DNA of 64,000 bases from Ministeria vibrans ATCC 50519 (lineage: Eukaryota; Protista; Filasterea), in assembly GCA_943704425.1 (NCBI GenBank), contig CALSCP010001890.1:78468-142467 (forward strand), read 5' to 3'. Every line of letters starts with the position of its first letter. The stretch's first letter is position 1. The notes beneath the pieces are model-generated. The model saw only the letters and a list, made by a program, of their open reading frames with translations. It ran no database searches and was not told the origin of the DNA. Of the stretch, positions 31,932 through 44,375 are shown in pieces. The translations under genes were made by a program, and so were the position numbers.

Positions 31932-33790
31932 CACACATGCAAATTATAAGGGCCATCGACAGAAACCCGCGGCAGTACCTGAAGAGACGGGTTCTGAACA
32001 AGCTGATGCTTGTGGTAGTCGGTGAGACAGCGCAGGGTCGTGTCGCGTGTGCGGAACGTCACAAACGCAATTCCACTGTGCCGATTCATCGCCTAATCAC
32101 GTTCACACAAGTACACACCCATCAGACGTTAATCATTTAACTACGTGTCCGTAACGACTCTATACCTTTTCCATCTGAGTACGCTTCAACTGGGTGAGTC
32201 TGTCCAGCTCTGCTCTCTCAGTCGCCAATGCGTCATAGGGAGGGCCGATGGGAAAGCATTTGCAGCAGCAGACGCCTGCGCGGTGCTGCTTCATGACTGT
32301 CGCGCTGCCACTTTGCATGCTCTCATACTCATATCTGATAAAAGTGGGCACGAGAAGGCAGGTTGAGGGAGTGAGTGAGTGATTAACAATGATAACAGTG
32401 TGATTGTTGATTGTGCACGAAAGGTACGTATTGTGCTCGTTTTGTAATAATATTATAATTATTGTTGTTTTGTACCTTTCGACCTGTCGCTGACATTTTA
32501 AAAGTTTCTTTTGCGTTTCAGTCAGTAGTGACACGTCAGGAGGAACTTCAACGACCAAAACCTAATTCAAAAAAATAATAACACTATGATCACCAAGGAA
32601 TACTGTGTGTCTGTTGGACTTACTTCCAAATCGGAGTATGCTCGACGAAACAACTGGTGAATTGCCTTTGCACGATCATTATTGTCACCCATAGGAATGC
32701 CAAAGATCATCACGGTCCTAAGAGAAAACGCAGTGGAGGAGAGGGTGAGAGGGTTATTCGAGATGGGGTTGAAAATCAGGAGGGTTACATTGGACAAAAG
32801 GGGGTAGAGACATTATTGGGCACTAGTTTTTTTATCCTCTTATTATTCGTGTGAGGCTGTATACCTGCCCCGTGGCTTTGCAATCTCTCGTGTGCTGACT
32901 CTGCGAGCAAACCGATGCAGAAAGAAGATCGCGACGGCTGAGTTGACATACACCAAGACTGTGTGCGCCCACAATCGCCCAAACCTATCTCACACTGAAA
33001 TCAATACAGGAGCTTCCTCCCTCCTCACTTCTCTCTCTCTTTTAAGCTGACTTTGAGCTGAGTGTATCAAGATTGGAAATGGTTGTTTGGCTGAACCCCA
33101 CCAGTCCCATCCTACGTTGGGTAGTGACGCAATAAATGCTCAGTCGAACTTTCTCCATTCACTTACGTTCCCGACAGGTTGACAGGAAGAGCAACGACGA
33201 GCGAGAAGAAACAGACGACCACTACAATGGTCAGAAGCGTGCGGATCAAGTCCATAAAGTCGGCGGCATCGCGACCGCCCGCCTCCTGAACGTGCGCCGC
33301 GGTCGCTTGATACACCGGCCCCATCCACGAGAACCACGTCCCGGAGTAGCCGGGCAGCACCGACGTTCGCGATTCGTTTGGGTTGCTCAGTAGTGGCGAG
33401 GAGAGCGCGGAGTTCTGAGACGAAGCCCTAAAGTGAGTGAGACTCGCAAAGGTCAGTGGCAGAGCTCAAGACCAACGCAGAAAATTACCGATCGCGACTG
33501 TACGCACTGACAGACGTGTTCTTTCGCGCCACTAAGGGCTGTTCTTCGTGGTCAGCGTCGTCTTCTGCGTCATGTTGATGACCATAACGCTAAAGATACA
33601 GAGAAAGTCAGAAGAGAGGAAAAACGTCCAGTTTTCTCATTTTGACCTGATTGAGACAATAGAAAAAGAAGGCAAGAGCCCAAATGGGCACAAAGATCAC
33701 AAGTGAGGTGGGAACTCCGCCGTGTGCCGACAGCGACGTCGTGATGTTGAGGTCGCATGGATTGTCGGGAACCGATGAATTGCCAAACAT
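29898..33790 (-). CDS. OSCA/TMEM63 (CSC1-like) mechanosensitive cation channel
   Basis: GGVPTSL before TM0, LPVNLSG, GIAFVTF, APESNDIQW, LPNNGAIFVNFV, CPLIVPAGVLYF. Confidence 0.88.
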
Positions 33791-34182
33791 TGTCTCAAAG
33801 CAGAAGGGGCCACGCGTTCACACAACTCCGCTCTTCGTTTGTCCAATGTCCACAGATAAAGGTACCCTTGAAAGTAAGCAAAGCGAGAAAAATAATATTG
33901 TAAATTGTTTTTTCTTTTTTCTGCGGTCAAACTGAAACTGAACTCATAAACAAGTCATCCCAAAACCCCCAGACACGAAACTTTCCCAAATACACAAACG
34001 AAACACACATACAGGTCTGTCTGTCTGTCTGTCTGTCATACACTGATACACTAATATTCCACTCATCGGCGAAATGCGAATGAGTGAGTCATCGCAGTCT
34101 TACAGCCATTAATAATTGTGAATCAATTAATCAAAATAATTAATAATTATTATTAATTATTAGAGTTTCGGTCGAGTTTGCA

Positions 34183-34270
34183 AGGCGGTCTGGCTGTGTC
34201 TTTGCGTGGTGAGTGGTGACTGCATCATTAATAAATGGGTTGTATTCTTCTTCTTCTTCTAATTATTATT
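34183..34270 (+). repeat. Direct repeat copy A (pairs with 35423-35500)
   Basis: AGGCGGTCTGGCTGTGTCTTTGCGTGGT...TAAATGGGTTGTATTCTTCTTC. Confidence 0.88.
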
Positions 34271-34368
34271 CACTCACTTCTTTCCTAGGGCTAGGGGATT
34301 GATCTTGGGAGATGAGCTTAACATGATTTTATTCCTATGATCAAGCAAACCCGACCACCATCAGTCCA

Positions 34369-34977
34369 TCACAAGGATGGGAATTCGTCTTCGTCGGCGA
34401 TGTCCCCGTGGAAGTGCGCCCCATGCTGGTATGGGCAACAAGGATAGCACCCGGCGGGAGCGCCGACGATCTGGCACCGATGCAAACTGAGTGCCGCACG
34501 GGCCGTCGCGGTGTCGACATGCATGAAGAGGCAGTTGTGCCAGTACGGACACTTGCCTGCAAAGAGAAACTTGTAGCATAGCCGTGGTATCTGCGCTTCT
34601 GGTTGGACTTGATTGTTTTCCTGCAGCCAGCGGGTAAACTTGGTTGGATACAGCTGGTTGGTGGGGATGACCAGCACGGGGTTGTCAGCGTGCTTGCTGC
34701 CCCAGTCGTACATGCGGACGACATCTTGAAGCACGCCGGCTGCAAGGAGCTGGTAGCCGGCTGGTGGCTGCAAGTCCTCCAAGTTGTGCACCCTGATGCA
34801 ATCGCCATCAAGACAACCTGGGTTGAGTCGATCGAGCGACTCACTGTCGAACGCGGTCTGACACAGTCGGGATTGGGGCGGAATAAAGCTTCCGGGCACC
34901 TTGGACCATAGTGGAGTAAACTGCTGCTGTGCGTGGGGCGGTACCGGTGGATAGCCTTGAAAGTAAATATCGTCCAT
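34369..34977 (-). CDS. Intronless CCCH zinc-finger-like protein (~202 aa)
   Basis: CYKFLFAGKCPYWHNCLFMH fits C-x8-C-x5-C-x3-H; further CCPYQH. Confidence 0.7.
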   Translation of the reverse strand: MDDIYFQGYPPVPPHAQQQFTPLWSKVPGSFIPPQSRLCQTAFDSESLDRLNPGCLDGDCIRVHNLEDLQPPAGYQLLAAGVLQDVVRMYDWGSKHADNPVLVIPTNQLYPTKFTRWLQENNQVQPEAQIPRLCYKFLFAGKCPYWHNCLFMHVDTATARAALSLHRCQIVGAPAGCYPCCPYQHGAHFHGDIADEDEFPSL

Positions 34978-35374
34978 TTTTGGTCGACTAAAGAAGTTTT
35001 TGGCTGTTAAAAAAGCAAAAGAAAGGGGAAAGCCCCGAGGTGAAGCGTGCTCCAGAGATCCACAAGTCACAACTGGGTGAAGTGTCAAGTGACAGAAGTG
35101 TATTAAAGATGTCTCAATTCTGAACGCGAACAAAAGCGGAGCGTGTACGGAAAAATCAACAAAAAACCACAACAAAAAAAAAAAAACAAAACAAAAAAAA
35201 ACAAAAACAAAAAAAAAACTTAAACCCAGATACTATGCTAACCAGCAGTCTCAGCTCACTCATACTGCATAGAACCCAAAAATGGCAACAAAAAAAACAG
35301 CAACTTACTTTTGTGAAAGATGAATAAAAGTGTGAAAGAAAGTGATAATAAATTGCAATAATAATAAAATTAAT

Positions 35375-35422
<48 letters not shown>

Positions 35423-35423
<1 letters not shown>

Positions 35424-35489
35424 GGCGGTCTGACTGTGTCTTCGCGTGGTGACTGTATCATTATTAAATGGGTTGTATTCTTCTTCTTC

Positions 35490-35500
<11 letters not shown>
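35423..35500 (+). repeat. Direct repeat copy B (pairs with 34183-34270)
   Basis: AGGCGGTCTGACTGTGTCTTCGCGTGGTGACTGTATCATTATTAAATGGGTTGTATTCTTC. Confidence 0.88.
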
Positions 35501-35527
<27 letters not shown>

Positions 35528-35906
35528 GCATGATCTAACCTTAAAACCCTCCGGGATCCAAGGGGTTAAATCATACAATAGTGCCGCGTAAACGAGTGGA
35601 GAGTGGTTTATTCGTTGAGTTGAACGATCGAAAATAATTAGGCCTTTAGAATAATCGCTTGCGAGCGGCTTTTGAAAAGGAGTCTCGTCATAATAAACGT
35701 TTTCGTGTGCGCATGAGCATCTCCATGGGCATTTGTCAACGTAATACGAATAAGACGACAAATGGGGAAATTGCAAGACTGCTAAGGAATTCTCTTCTAT
35801 CCTATTTCAATTTCTCTTATTAATTTTTATAATGTCATAGTAAGATGTACTTAAAAATTCCGCAGTAAACACACACAAAAATCATAATAATAATAATACA
35901 AAATTA

Positions 35907-38900
35907 TTAAACGTCATCGTCGTTCACCCACTGGTGCGCATCCGACATGGAATTGTCCAGAGATGACTCGTTATACGAGTCAAAGGCACCCGCAGCGTTC
36001 TGACGCGGACGAGGACTGGTCACGGTCGTCGCCGATGGGATGGTCGACATGACCTGCTCGAGGCGGCGGAACGAGTTGGGCGACAGCACCATCTTGCCAG
36101 CGTGCAGGTGCATCACTTGGTCACGCGTGAAGACGGCCTCTTCTTTCACACTGTCCGCATCGCTCGTGTCTTCCTCATCATCAATCTCAATCTGCGTCTC
36201 GCGTAACCCGTCGGCGTCATCTCCGTCAAGCAGCGAGGGCTGCTCAAACTCACTGAGACGGCCGTCCACAATGGAATCGTCCACGACGTCAAGTGGCGTC
36301 AGTCCCACGTGTGTCATTGTCGTCTCATTGTGTTCCACGACAGTGCGTCGTCGTCGTCGCTCGCCATCCGACCGACCAACACTCCCGCTGCTCTCTCGCA
36401 CACTGCTTCCTTCACTTCTACCACCACCATTGTTGCCATTGTTGCCGCCCCCTTCACTTCCAACGGGTCCCTCTTCCAACACCATCTCGTGCGTGTATCC
36501 TTCACTGAACGGTCGCACTCGCTGCGGTGAAGGTGCCGAGTCCAGCGTGCGTCGTCGACGTGCCTGGGCGTGCGACGACGGTGACGGCACACTCGTGCGT
36601 GCACTAGGACCCTCCAGTGAGCGACGCATGGCTTCGTGACGCTCCTCCTCCTCGGCAGGATCGAAAGAGTCCGCAATCGTCATGGTGGAGCCGAGTCGCG
36701 GCATGAAGTGGCGCATGCGGATGGCCTCGCGTGGGAGTACATCAAGCGAACTCGACGAGCCACTGCGACCACCGACAGACTGTGTGTTTCCAGCGCCAAC
36801 GGTACGACGAGACGGCACTACCTCGGGCGACTCCTGGTGCTCCTTCAACATGCTCACGACGCACTCAGTCGAAAGACCCGCCTGCACCGCCTCCTCAACA
36901 GCATCGTCAGAGAAGACGCGACTCACCGAACGCACCGCTGCACGAGGAACACTACTGCGCGGCGACGCAGTACTTGGCGTCGACGTCCTCTCGTGCACCA
37001 GCGGAGACGACACCCGCCCCACCGCCCCACCATGCCGCGCGTTTGTAGTTCCCGCTCGAGGATTTCCGCCGCGCGCAGGCGAGACCATGCCCTGACGTGT
37101 AATCGCACCCGCGCCAGCCCCTGCACCCGCACCACCAGTGCCATTGGACGAGCCCGATGAGGCAGCTGCGGGCTGCGCGCGTCGTAGACACGCACACTTG
37201 CGACGCAGGTTGGGGAAACGTGTGTCGAGTTCCTTGCCAAGTACCTTACGCACTCGGGCGGGCAGACAGTAGGCGTAGAAGAGGGTAAAGGTCTGCGCAA
37301 CATGACTGAAGACAAAAATGTACGAAAAGATGGGGTGCGAGCCAAAAAGCACAAAAATTCCGCAGAGCCAGGTGAGACCCAGCAGGACTGCAAGCGACGT
37401 GGTCACACGAATAGTGTACCACTCCAGCTCGAGTTCTTCGCGTCGCTCCTGCTGCACCTGTCGCTGCTTCTCCAGTTGCTCCTCACGCATTGCCCGCACT
37501 CGGTCGGTAATGTCTGTTTGAGTGGCGGGCAAGTCGAGCGTAGGCGGCAACGACGACTGCTCATTGACAAGCTCGCGAATCACGCGAAGTTCGTCTTCCG
37601 AGTCAATGGTGGTAATGCTCAAGTCACGCACAACGGACGACACAGCCGTGTCATTGGACGACTTCCATGCCGTCTTTTGCATCGCATTGTCCGAGTCATG
37701 CCAGCTCCCCACGACGGTACGCTCGGTCAGTGCCGGTGCAAGTGCGGTGGGGCTGGCCACTTGTGGCAGCAGCGAACGACTCGCCGTCGGACTGTTCAGC
37801 GACTCGAGCGAGTCGGAAAAAATCGACAGGTCGTGACTGAGTGGACGGCCAAGCGCGGGTGACGACGTAGTGCGTGTCTGCGCGAGCCGACGCACCTCAG
37901 GCGAACCCAAACGTGACAAGGGCATGTAGGAGGTGGCGTCAGGATGGCGCGAGGCAGAACGCGTCAACAGCATGCTGCTACGACTGCGACTGGCCGCCAC
38001 ACGACCGCCACGCACAGGCTCGGGCGAGCCAGGTTGACTGAACACGTCCGACAGAACCACCGTGTCTGAGTCGCTTCCACCGCCTTCGCCCATAGGGGAC
38101 ATTTCCATGATTTCATCGGGACGATTGGACGATGTCGTGCTGCGCCGTGTTTGTGTGGTGCGGCGCGCGGGCCGTTGCGCCTCGCCCGTCAAGACGCGCG
38201 TCGTGCGACGTGCGCGCTTGACTATCTTGCGCGCCTCGTAGAAGATGTACGTGTTGATGAGGACCACACAAAAGGCGGGCGCAAGGAGCGCACCCGAGAT
38301 GGCAGCGGTGGTCGGCAGGAAGCAGAAAGAGTCGGACGACATAACGTGCCCATAAGCACTGAGAGGCGAGCCACCATTAGCTATAACCACAGCAATAATG
38401 TAAACGATGACAATGACAAAGGGCGCCGCCACCACTGTGACAATGAGTCGCGTGTCGTGTCCTTCGTACGATGGACTCGGCTGAATCTTCACAAAGCAAT
38501 AGTAGGCCTTGTAGCCGTGCAGTGCCAGCATAGAAAACTGCCCAAGCACCACCACATGCATGAGCAAACCAAGCGTAAAGCACTCGGGGACGTCGATGCC
38601 GCTGGAGACGAGTGCGTCCACGATGAAGAACACATCGGTCAGCAGAATGGTGAAGACAATGCCAAGCACATAGGAGATGTTCTGGTTCTGGCGGCTTCGA
38701 AGGACGGGCACGAATAGATAGAGAAGCAGGGTACAGGCGGCGAGCAGCAGACTGAGGCTGGTCGACACATAGGAGAAGGCGGTGAGAGCAGCCGAGGCGG
38801 GCGCATCGCCACGCGCGTCAAGAAGCACGGCAAAGTTGGTGACGTGCGAGCAGGCGCACTGAACGGTCGTTGGTGACAGGCGTGCGACCAGTGTGCACCC

Positions 38901-41900
38901 GTCGTTGGTCCAGCTCTGCAGCGTAAAGTTCCACGAGACACAGTGCAAGGGAGAGGACGCGTCGTCAAGGTCAGATGCAAACGAAGGGATGCTCTCGGTG
39001 AGTGTCACGTTGTAGGTGAGCCACTGGCCGTCGGGAAACTGATGGACAGCATTGCCCGCTCCAGCACTGACCACGCGCGACACAATGGAGGAGGTGTCAG
39101 CTGAGAAGGCGGTCGCCGTTGACGAGGCGTCCACGTCCGTCTCGCCGATGGTCGCGAGTGTGGCTGTGCTGGCGAACACATCGCTGGAGCGCAGGGCATA
39201 AAAGTACACGGTGGTGCAGTCGACACCGGTAAGCGTGCCGCCACTAATGATCTGAAGGGTTTCGTCAAAAGAGTCGGGCAGGGCAAACGAGACGCCCAAG
39301 ATAGGGTCGGCAAAGGAAGTAGTGTCGCGCGCAGCAAGGTCAGCAATGGGACCGCGTCGGACATGAACGCTCCAGTTGTCCTCGGTGTACGACTCGATGT
39401 GTGCACCACCAAAGGGGGGACAGGCAAAGCCGTACTCGGACGATTCAGTATCGTTGGGCTGGGCCACCAGCGACTTGGCCAGCAGCTCAATGGTCTCGCC
39501 AAACGGATGTTCGTTTGCGGTGGTCGACGTTGGACTGGACAGTTTGCTCTTAGCTGCAGTGGCCACACGCAAAGAGAGAGCGGGCGCCAGCATGTTGTTA
39601 ACGGCCGCAACCACATTGCGCTTGGCGAGAACGGGAAAGAGCGCGCCGCCCGACGAGACGGACAGATTAGCAAAGGCTTCGACAGACTCAAAGGCAAGGG
39701 TAATGTCAGTCGCGACTATGACATCGGTGGCGCCCGTGGCCAGTGTCAAGTCAGTTGTGAGCTGCACAACCTGTGTAGGACCAACAGTGACGGAGCGCGC
39801 GAGCACATTGTTGGTCGATTCAAGCACAAACTGAATGGTTTCCGTGATGCACAGACCCGGCGGGCGATTGCCTGTGATCACGTTGCTGTCATTGACAAAC
39901 GATGTCCACGCCAGATTCTGCAGAGGGTAGCACAACATTGGGTTGTGCGTAATAGACATGTCACCCGACTCGATCGCCGTCAGGTTGAGCATGTCACGCA
40001 GCGTCCGCAGTTGGCCATTGTAGCCAATAAACATGGAGAGGAGAGTCGGCTCGGGCACGCCTTCCCATTCCCCTTCTCCCCCTCCTCCTCCTCCTCCTTC
40101 TCCTTCTCCTCCTTCTCCTCCTTCTCCTCCTTCTCCTCCTTCTTCCCCTTCATCGTCAAACGAGAAACCCAACTCGCCAGGCAGAGTCGTGTTTAGGTAG
40201 CGCTCGCGACCGCGAATGACCCGAAGTGCCGGCAAGAAGATGGAGGTGAGTGCCTCACAGTGAGCAACGGCAAGATAGCCTTCGATGGACTGGAGGCGGG
40301 GCAAACCAAACGCGTCGGTGCTGTTGGGCTGCCAGTAGGGCAGGAGTGTCAGGTGGAGACTTCCGTTGAGGTGGACCAACTGCGGCACATGCAACGAGAC
40401 AAATTGCTCGAGTTCCGACAGACGAAGATCACCCTTGAATGACGTAAGCTGCGGTAGTGAGACATTGGTCAGACTTTCGGCTGATACTGCCGCAAAATGG
40501 CCAGTGATGTGGGTGAGGGCAGGCGCTGCAAACTGTGTGAGCTGAGGGACGTAGTTGAGGGCAATGGACGCATTGGTAAAAAGTGAGAGGGTCGCTTGTG
40601 CGTCCGAATCGGACGGAGGGGTTGCAGCGGTGACGGTAGTGAGCAAAGGAATGTTCAGTGATGAAAGAGACTCGAGTTCGTTGAAGATGAGACGGTCCAC
40701 CGAGACGAGTTGGGGGAGACTGAGCTCGGAGAGAGATCTGATAGACTCGAGACGGACTGTGCCAAGTGAGAGGCACTGCGTGAGACTGAGAGACGCCAGT
40801 TGAGGGCTTGCGCGGATTTCAAAGCTTGTGGCGTGTACGAGGGCACTGAGGTCGACGGTTACAAGTGCACCGTTCTCAAAGAGCGAGACGGGGCCAACAG
40901 AGGTGAGAGACGGCAGAAGAAGTGCCGTAACACTGGTCGTTTGGGTGATGGTAAGTGAGAGAGTCGACGAGAGTGCTGGCAGAGAGATGGATGGAAGGGA
41001 GGAGAGTGCGGAGATGGCAAGGTGTCCGTCGATGGTGTGAAGACGCGGGAAGGAGAGGGTGACGAGGCTGTCGAAGGAGGTGAGCGACAGACTCGTGATG
41101 TGCTCCAGGTGTGCGCCTGTGAAGGCCGTAAGGGACCCGCTGCCTTGCTGATGCAGCTGAATGTTGCCTGTGACGTTGACAAGGGTGCCCAGATCAAAGG
41201 TGTCGAGAGTCATGAGCGACATGAGTAAGATGTCGTAGACGGATACAAGAGGCGCCAGACTCAGTGTGTGGAGGGCAACAGTGGACGCAATGGCCAGTTG
41301 GTTTGGAATGGTGTTCAGCGAAGGAAACCATGCGGTAAAGGAAAGATTAGTAATAGAGGGCGCGCCGCTAATGGAGATACTGGGGCAAAAGGAGAGGCGC
41401 GGGAAAGAGGCGCCTTGGATTAGGGCCATCTGGGAGATGGACAGGCTCATGCCGATGGTCTCGAGCGAGCTCCAGTTGCCCAGGGATGTTGTGAGTGTGT
41501 CGAGGGAATTGAGTTGCACTACAGAGCCAACGGACGTAAGATTGCCGAGTTGGAGAGACGTGAGCAGCGGGAGGTTGGACAGGGTGAGTGTGTCGTCAAC
41601 GAGGTAGAGTCGTGGGAAGTTGATGAAACTGAGTGCAGCATTGTGTTGAACAGTGAGATAGCGAACAGAGAAAAGTGTTGCAAAATCAACGGTGTGAAGC
41701 GCCTCGTTGCGCTCGACAAGAAGTATGCTGCCGAGTGCGGTCAGTTGGGGCACCGAAATCCACTCGAGTGTGCTATGATCAACAATCTCGACGAGCGCAT
41801 TGACACTGACGAGAGACGGTAGGGCCACGGAGAGGAGTTCCGTGTTACCACTGAAGTGGATGGAGTCAACATGCGCGAGCGCCGAGAGCGCGTCGAGGGA

Positions 41901-42774
41901 CACGGCCGTTGTGTTGCGGATGGTGAGTGACTGAGAAGACAAAATAATTGATGACGAAAGAAAAAGTTTGAAATGTGCAAACGAGCCAGTGAGTGGAGGA
42001 GGGAGGAAACAGGCAAACGGATAGCATGGTAAGGCGTGTATGTCGCAGAATAGACGGATCGAACGCAGCCGTGGCGAAGAGCAGCCCGAATAGCGGTGAC
42101 TGACTGCGTCGCACTTGTGCAACCCCAACAAAATGTTTTTTTTTTCAAACGATGTGGCACCCGACAAAGGCGCAAAACGGGCAACACGGCAACATGGGGG
42201 GTAGGCTTGGTAAAACGGGGATGGCAGATGCACGCGAGAGCGCTGCGGAAGAGCAGTGTGTGTTGAATGGGGACAGAGAAGCGACCGGCGAAAAAACAGC
42301 CACGTCAAAGAAGAGCCATAGAGGCACACGGGAGCGACAAAACACGGTGGGCGTGGATGCATGGTACTTGAACATGACAAACAGCCATGGTGGGGCACAA
42401 GGGGCGCAACAAGAAGGACAAAATCCAAACAAAAAAACCTTATCGCTTTTTTTTTTTCCGTTTGTCTCTCTCTCTCTCTCTCGTGTGGTTGTTTCTTACC
42501 CCAGCAATGGATGTGACGCCCGCAAGCAGAGTGAGGTTGGCTGTGGGCCCAATGGCGTCGACGGAGCCGGCGATGGCGGCGCAGGGGGCGAAGAAGGAGT
42601 TGGGGTCGACGCCGAGAGTTCCACCAAAGCAATCTGGTGGATGGTGCAAAAAAACAAGCGAGCGTGAGAGGGAGGAGAGACAGGCGAGGCGGGAGGGGGC
42701 AGCTAGGAGGGTTGTCTACCAGATGTGGCCAGTGTGACGAGCGTCAGTCCGCAAACGAGGGTGCTGATGAGCAT
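35907..42774 (-). CDS. Adhesion-type GPCR: signal peptide, receptor L-domain/leucine-rich solenoid, GAIN/GPS, 7TM with very long ICL3 and C-tail; 3 coding exons
   Basis: Exon 1 MLISTLVCGLTLVTLATS; LPxLxxVxG repeats; GPS CVSWNFTLQSWTNDGC...CACSHVTNFAVLL; TM6 LLGLTWLCG. Confidence 0.85.
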
Positions 42775-43220
42775 CGCGAGGAGAAGAATGAAAGTTCACC
42801 GCACGAGCCAAAAGGGGAAAGTGACGCAGGCGGGCCAGCAACCGTGTGAGCTGCCACAGGGTAGTGTCCGCTAGGAATGGGAGTGCAGTCTTGCAGAGAG
42901 TGTGTAGGAACAAAAAATAAAGATTTAGAAAGAGAGACTGAGAGTCGAGAGAGTCGCGTGATATTTGGGAAGAATGGCTCGTGAGTCGTCTGTGAAGTCT
43001 CAAAAATGTCCAAGTTTGTCTTGACTCAAAATCCTTGTCAAGAAGAACGAAAGAAAGAAGTAGCAACACGAACTAACAGACAAGGGTAAATTGCATCATT
43101 CATACGCAACGCTTTTGAGTTTTGCGGTGGCGCGGTCGGCCATAGAAAGAAGAAAGTTTAGAGCGATTGGGAGTTGATATTGAATATGATTAAATATTAA
43201 TAATTTTTCTTTCATTCATT

Positions 43221-44328
43221 ATGGCCTTGGGAGAGAGCGATGTGACGGCTGAGATGAAAGCCAAGTGGGATAAGTATGGGGGATTGACGGACGAGGAGAC
43301 CAAAGCGCGGATAGAAAAGCTTTTGGCGGAGAGTGACGATCCCGAGAGTCGCAAGGTGTCACTGCCACAGACGGACTGTGTACGTGTGGGCGATGAGGCG
43401 CCTGATGCAGAGGCGCCTCTGTTCTTTCTGGGCGGCGACAGTGGCGAGGAAGAGCGATCGTTGAGTATGGGCGCACTTCTCGATGACATTCACGCTCAAG
43501 GCAAAGTGGCTCTTCTGAACTTTGGATCGGTAGGCACAGTGTATGTATGTGTGTGTGTGTGTGTGTGTGTGACTGTGTGTGGTATGTCATATGTATGCAT
43601 GTGTGGTGGTGGTGTAAAGAGGAGTGTAAAAGATGAGTCTAAATAATCAACAATAATAATAATAATAATAATAATACTTTTTGACCATCCACCACTTGTC
43701 TTAGTACACATGACCACCGTACCGGGCAAAGTTGGGGGACGTTGAGAAAACGGCCGCAGCGTTTGCCTCAAGCGTGTGCCTCATTCACATTTACATCATT
43801 GAGGCACACCCGTCCGACGGATGGAATCTTCCGGACAACACAGACTCGGGCGTGTGCTTTAGGCAGCCTAAAACTCTTAAACAGAGACTTAAGTAGGGTT
43901 CTATTCAAAATCCATCATTTTTTCTGTCCATCTATTCAAAATCCCCCATCTATTCAAAATCCCCCCATCTATTCAACTTAAGTACATAATATAAAAATGT
44001 ATTTGTTGGGGGATACTAACTATTGACTATGGCATGTTGGGCTGTGTGTCTCTGTGTGCAGTGTGGCACAGCAGTTTGTGCGGGCGAATAGAGTGACGTC
44101 GCGCGTGCTTGTCGATGACATGTCTAATCGTGTTGAAAACGCCTTTGAAGCGCGTCCCGAACGACTGTATGTCCTTCGCAATCGGACCATTCTCTACCGT
44201 TCTGGTGTTGGGTAATTTTTGATAAATTAGAAGAGTCGTTTAAAAAATCATACTCTTTACATGTTGTTTTTTTTAGACCTTATCAGTATTCTGTTCCAAA
44301 ATTGTGCGAATTTCTTGACACACTATAA
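43221..44328 (+). CDS. Iodothyronine deiodinase-like selenoprotein; exons 43221-43529, 43705-43892, 44062-44211, 44277-44328; Sec TGA at 43711-43713
   Basis: Spliced: GDEAPDA...LLNFGS|YT(TGA)PPYR...IYIIEAHPSDGW...RQPKTLKQRL...LVDDMSN...FEARPERLYVL...YRSGVG|PYQY. Confidence 0.92.
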
Positions 44329-44375
44329 TTTCGTTGCTAATAATTTATTATTATTATTATTATCAACTCTCGACC

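Noticed and set aside
35156-35776. 206-aa minus-strand ORF
   Set aside because: Non-ATG start, and largely microsatellite/poly-T translation
41935-42632. N-terminal ~230 aa of the 2241-aa ORF
   Set aside because: Mostly intron read-through; the real start is the signal-peptide exon at 42774
43711-43713. Genome-wide UGA reassignment or a nonsense mutation
   Set aside because: TGA, TAA and TAG all end other genes in this window; this TGA is exactly at the deiodinase Sec position and the downstream exons are intact
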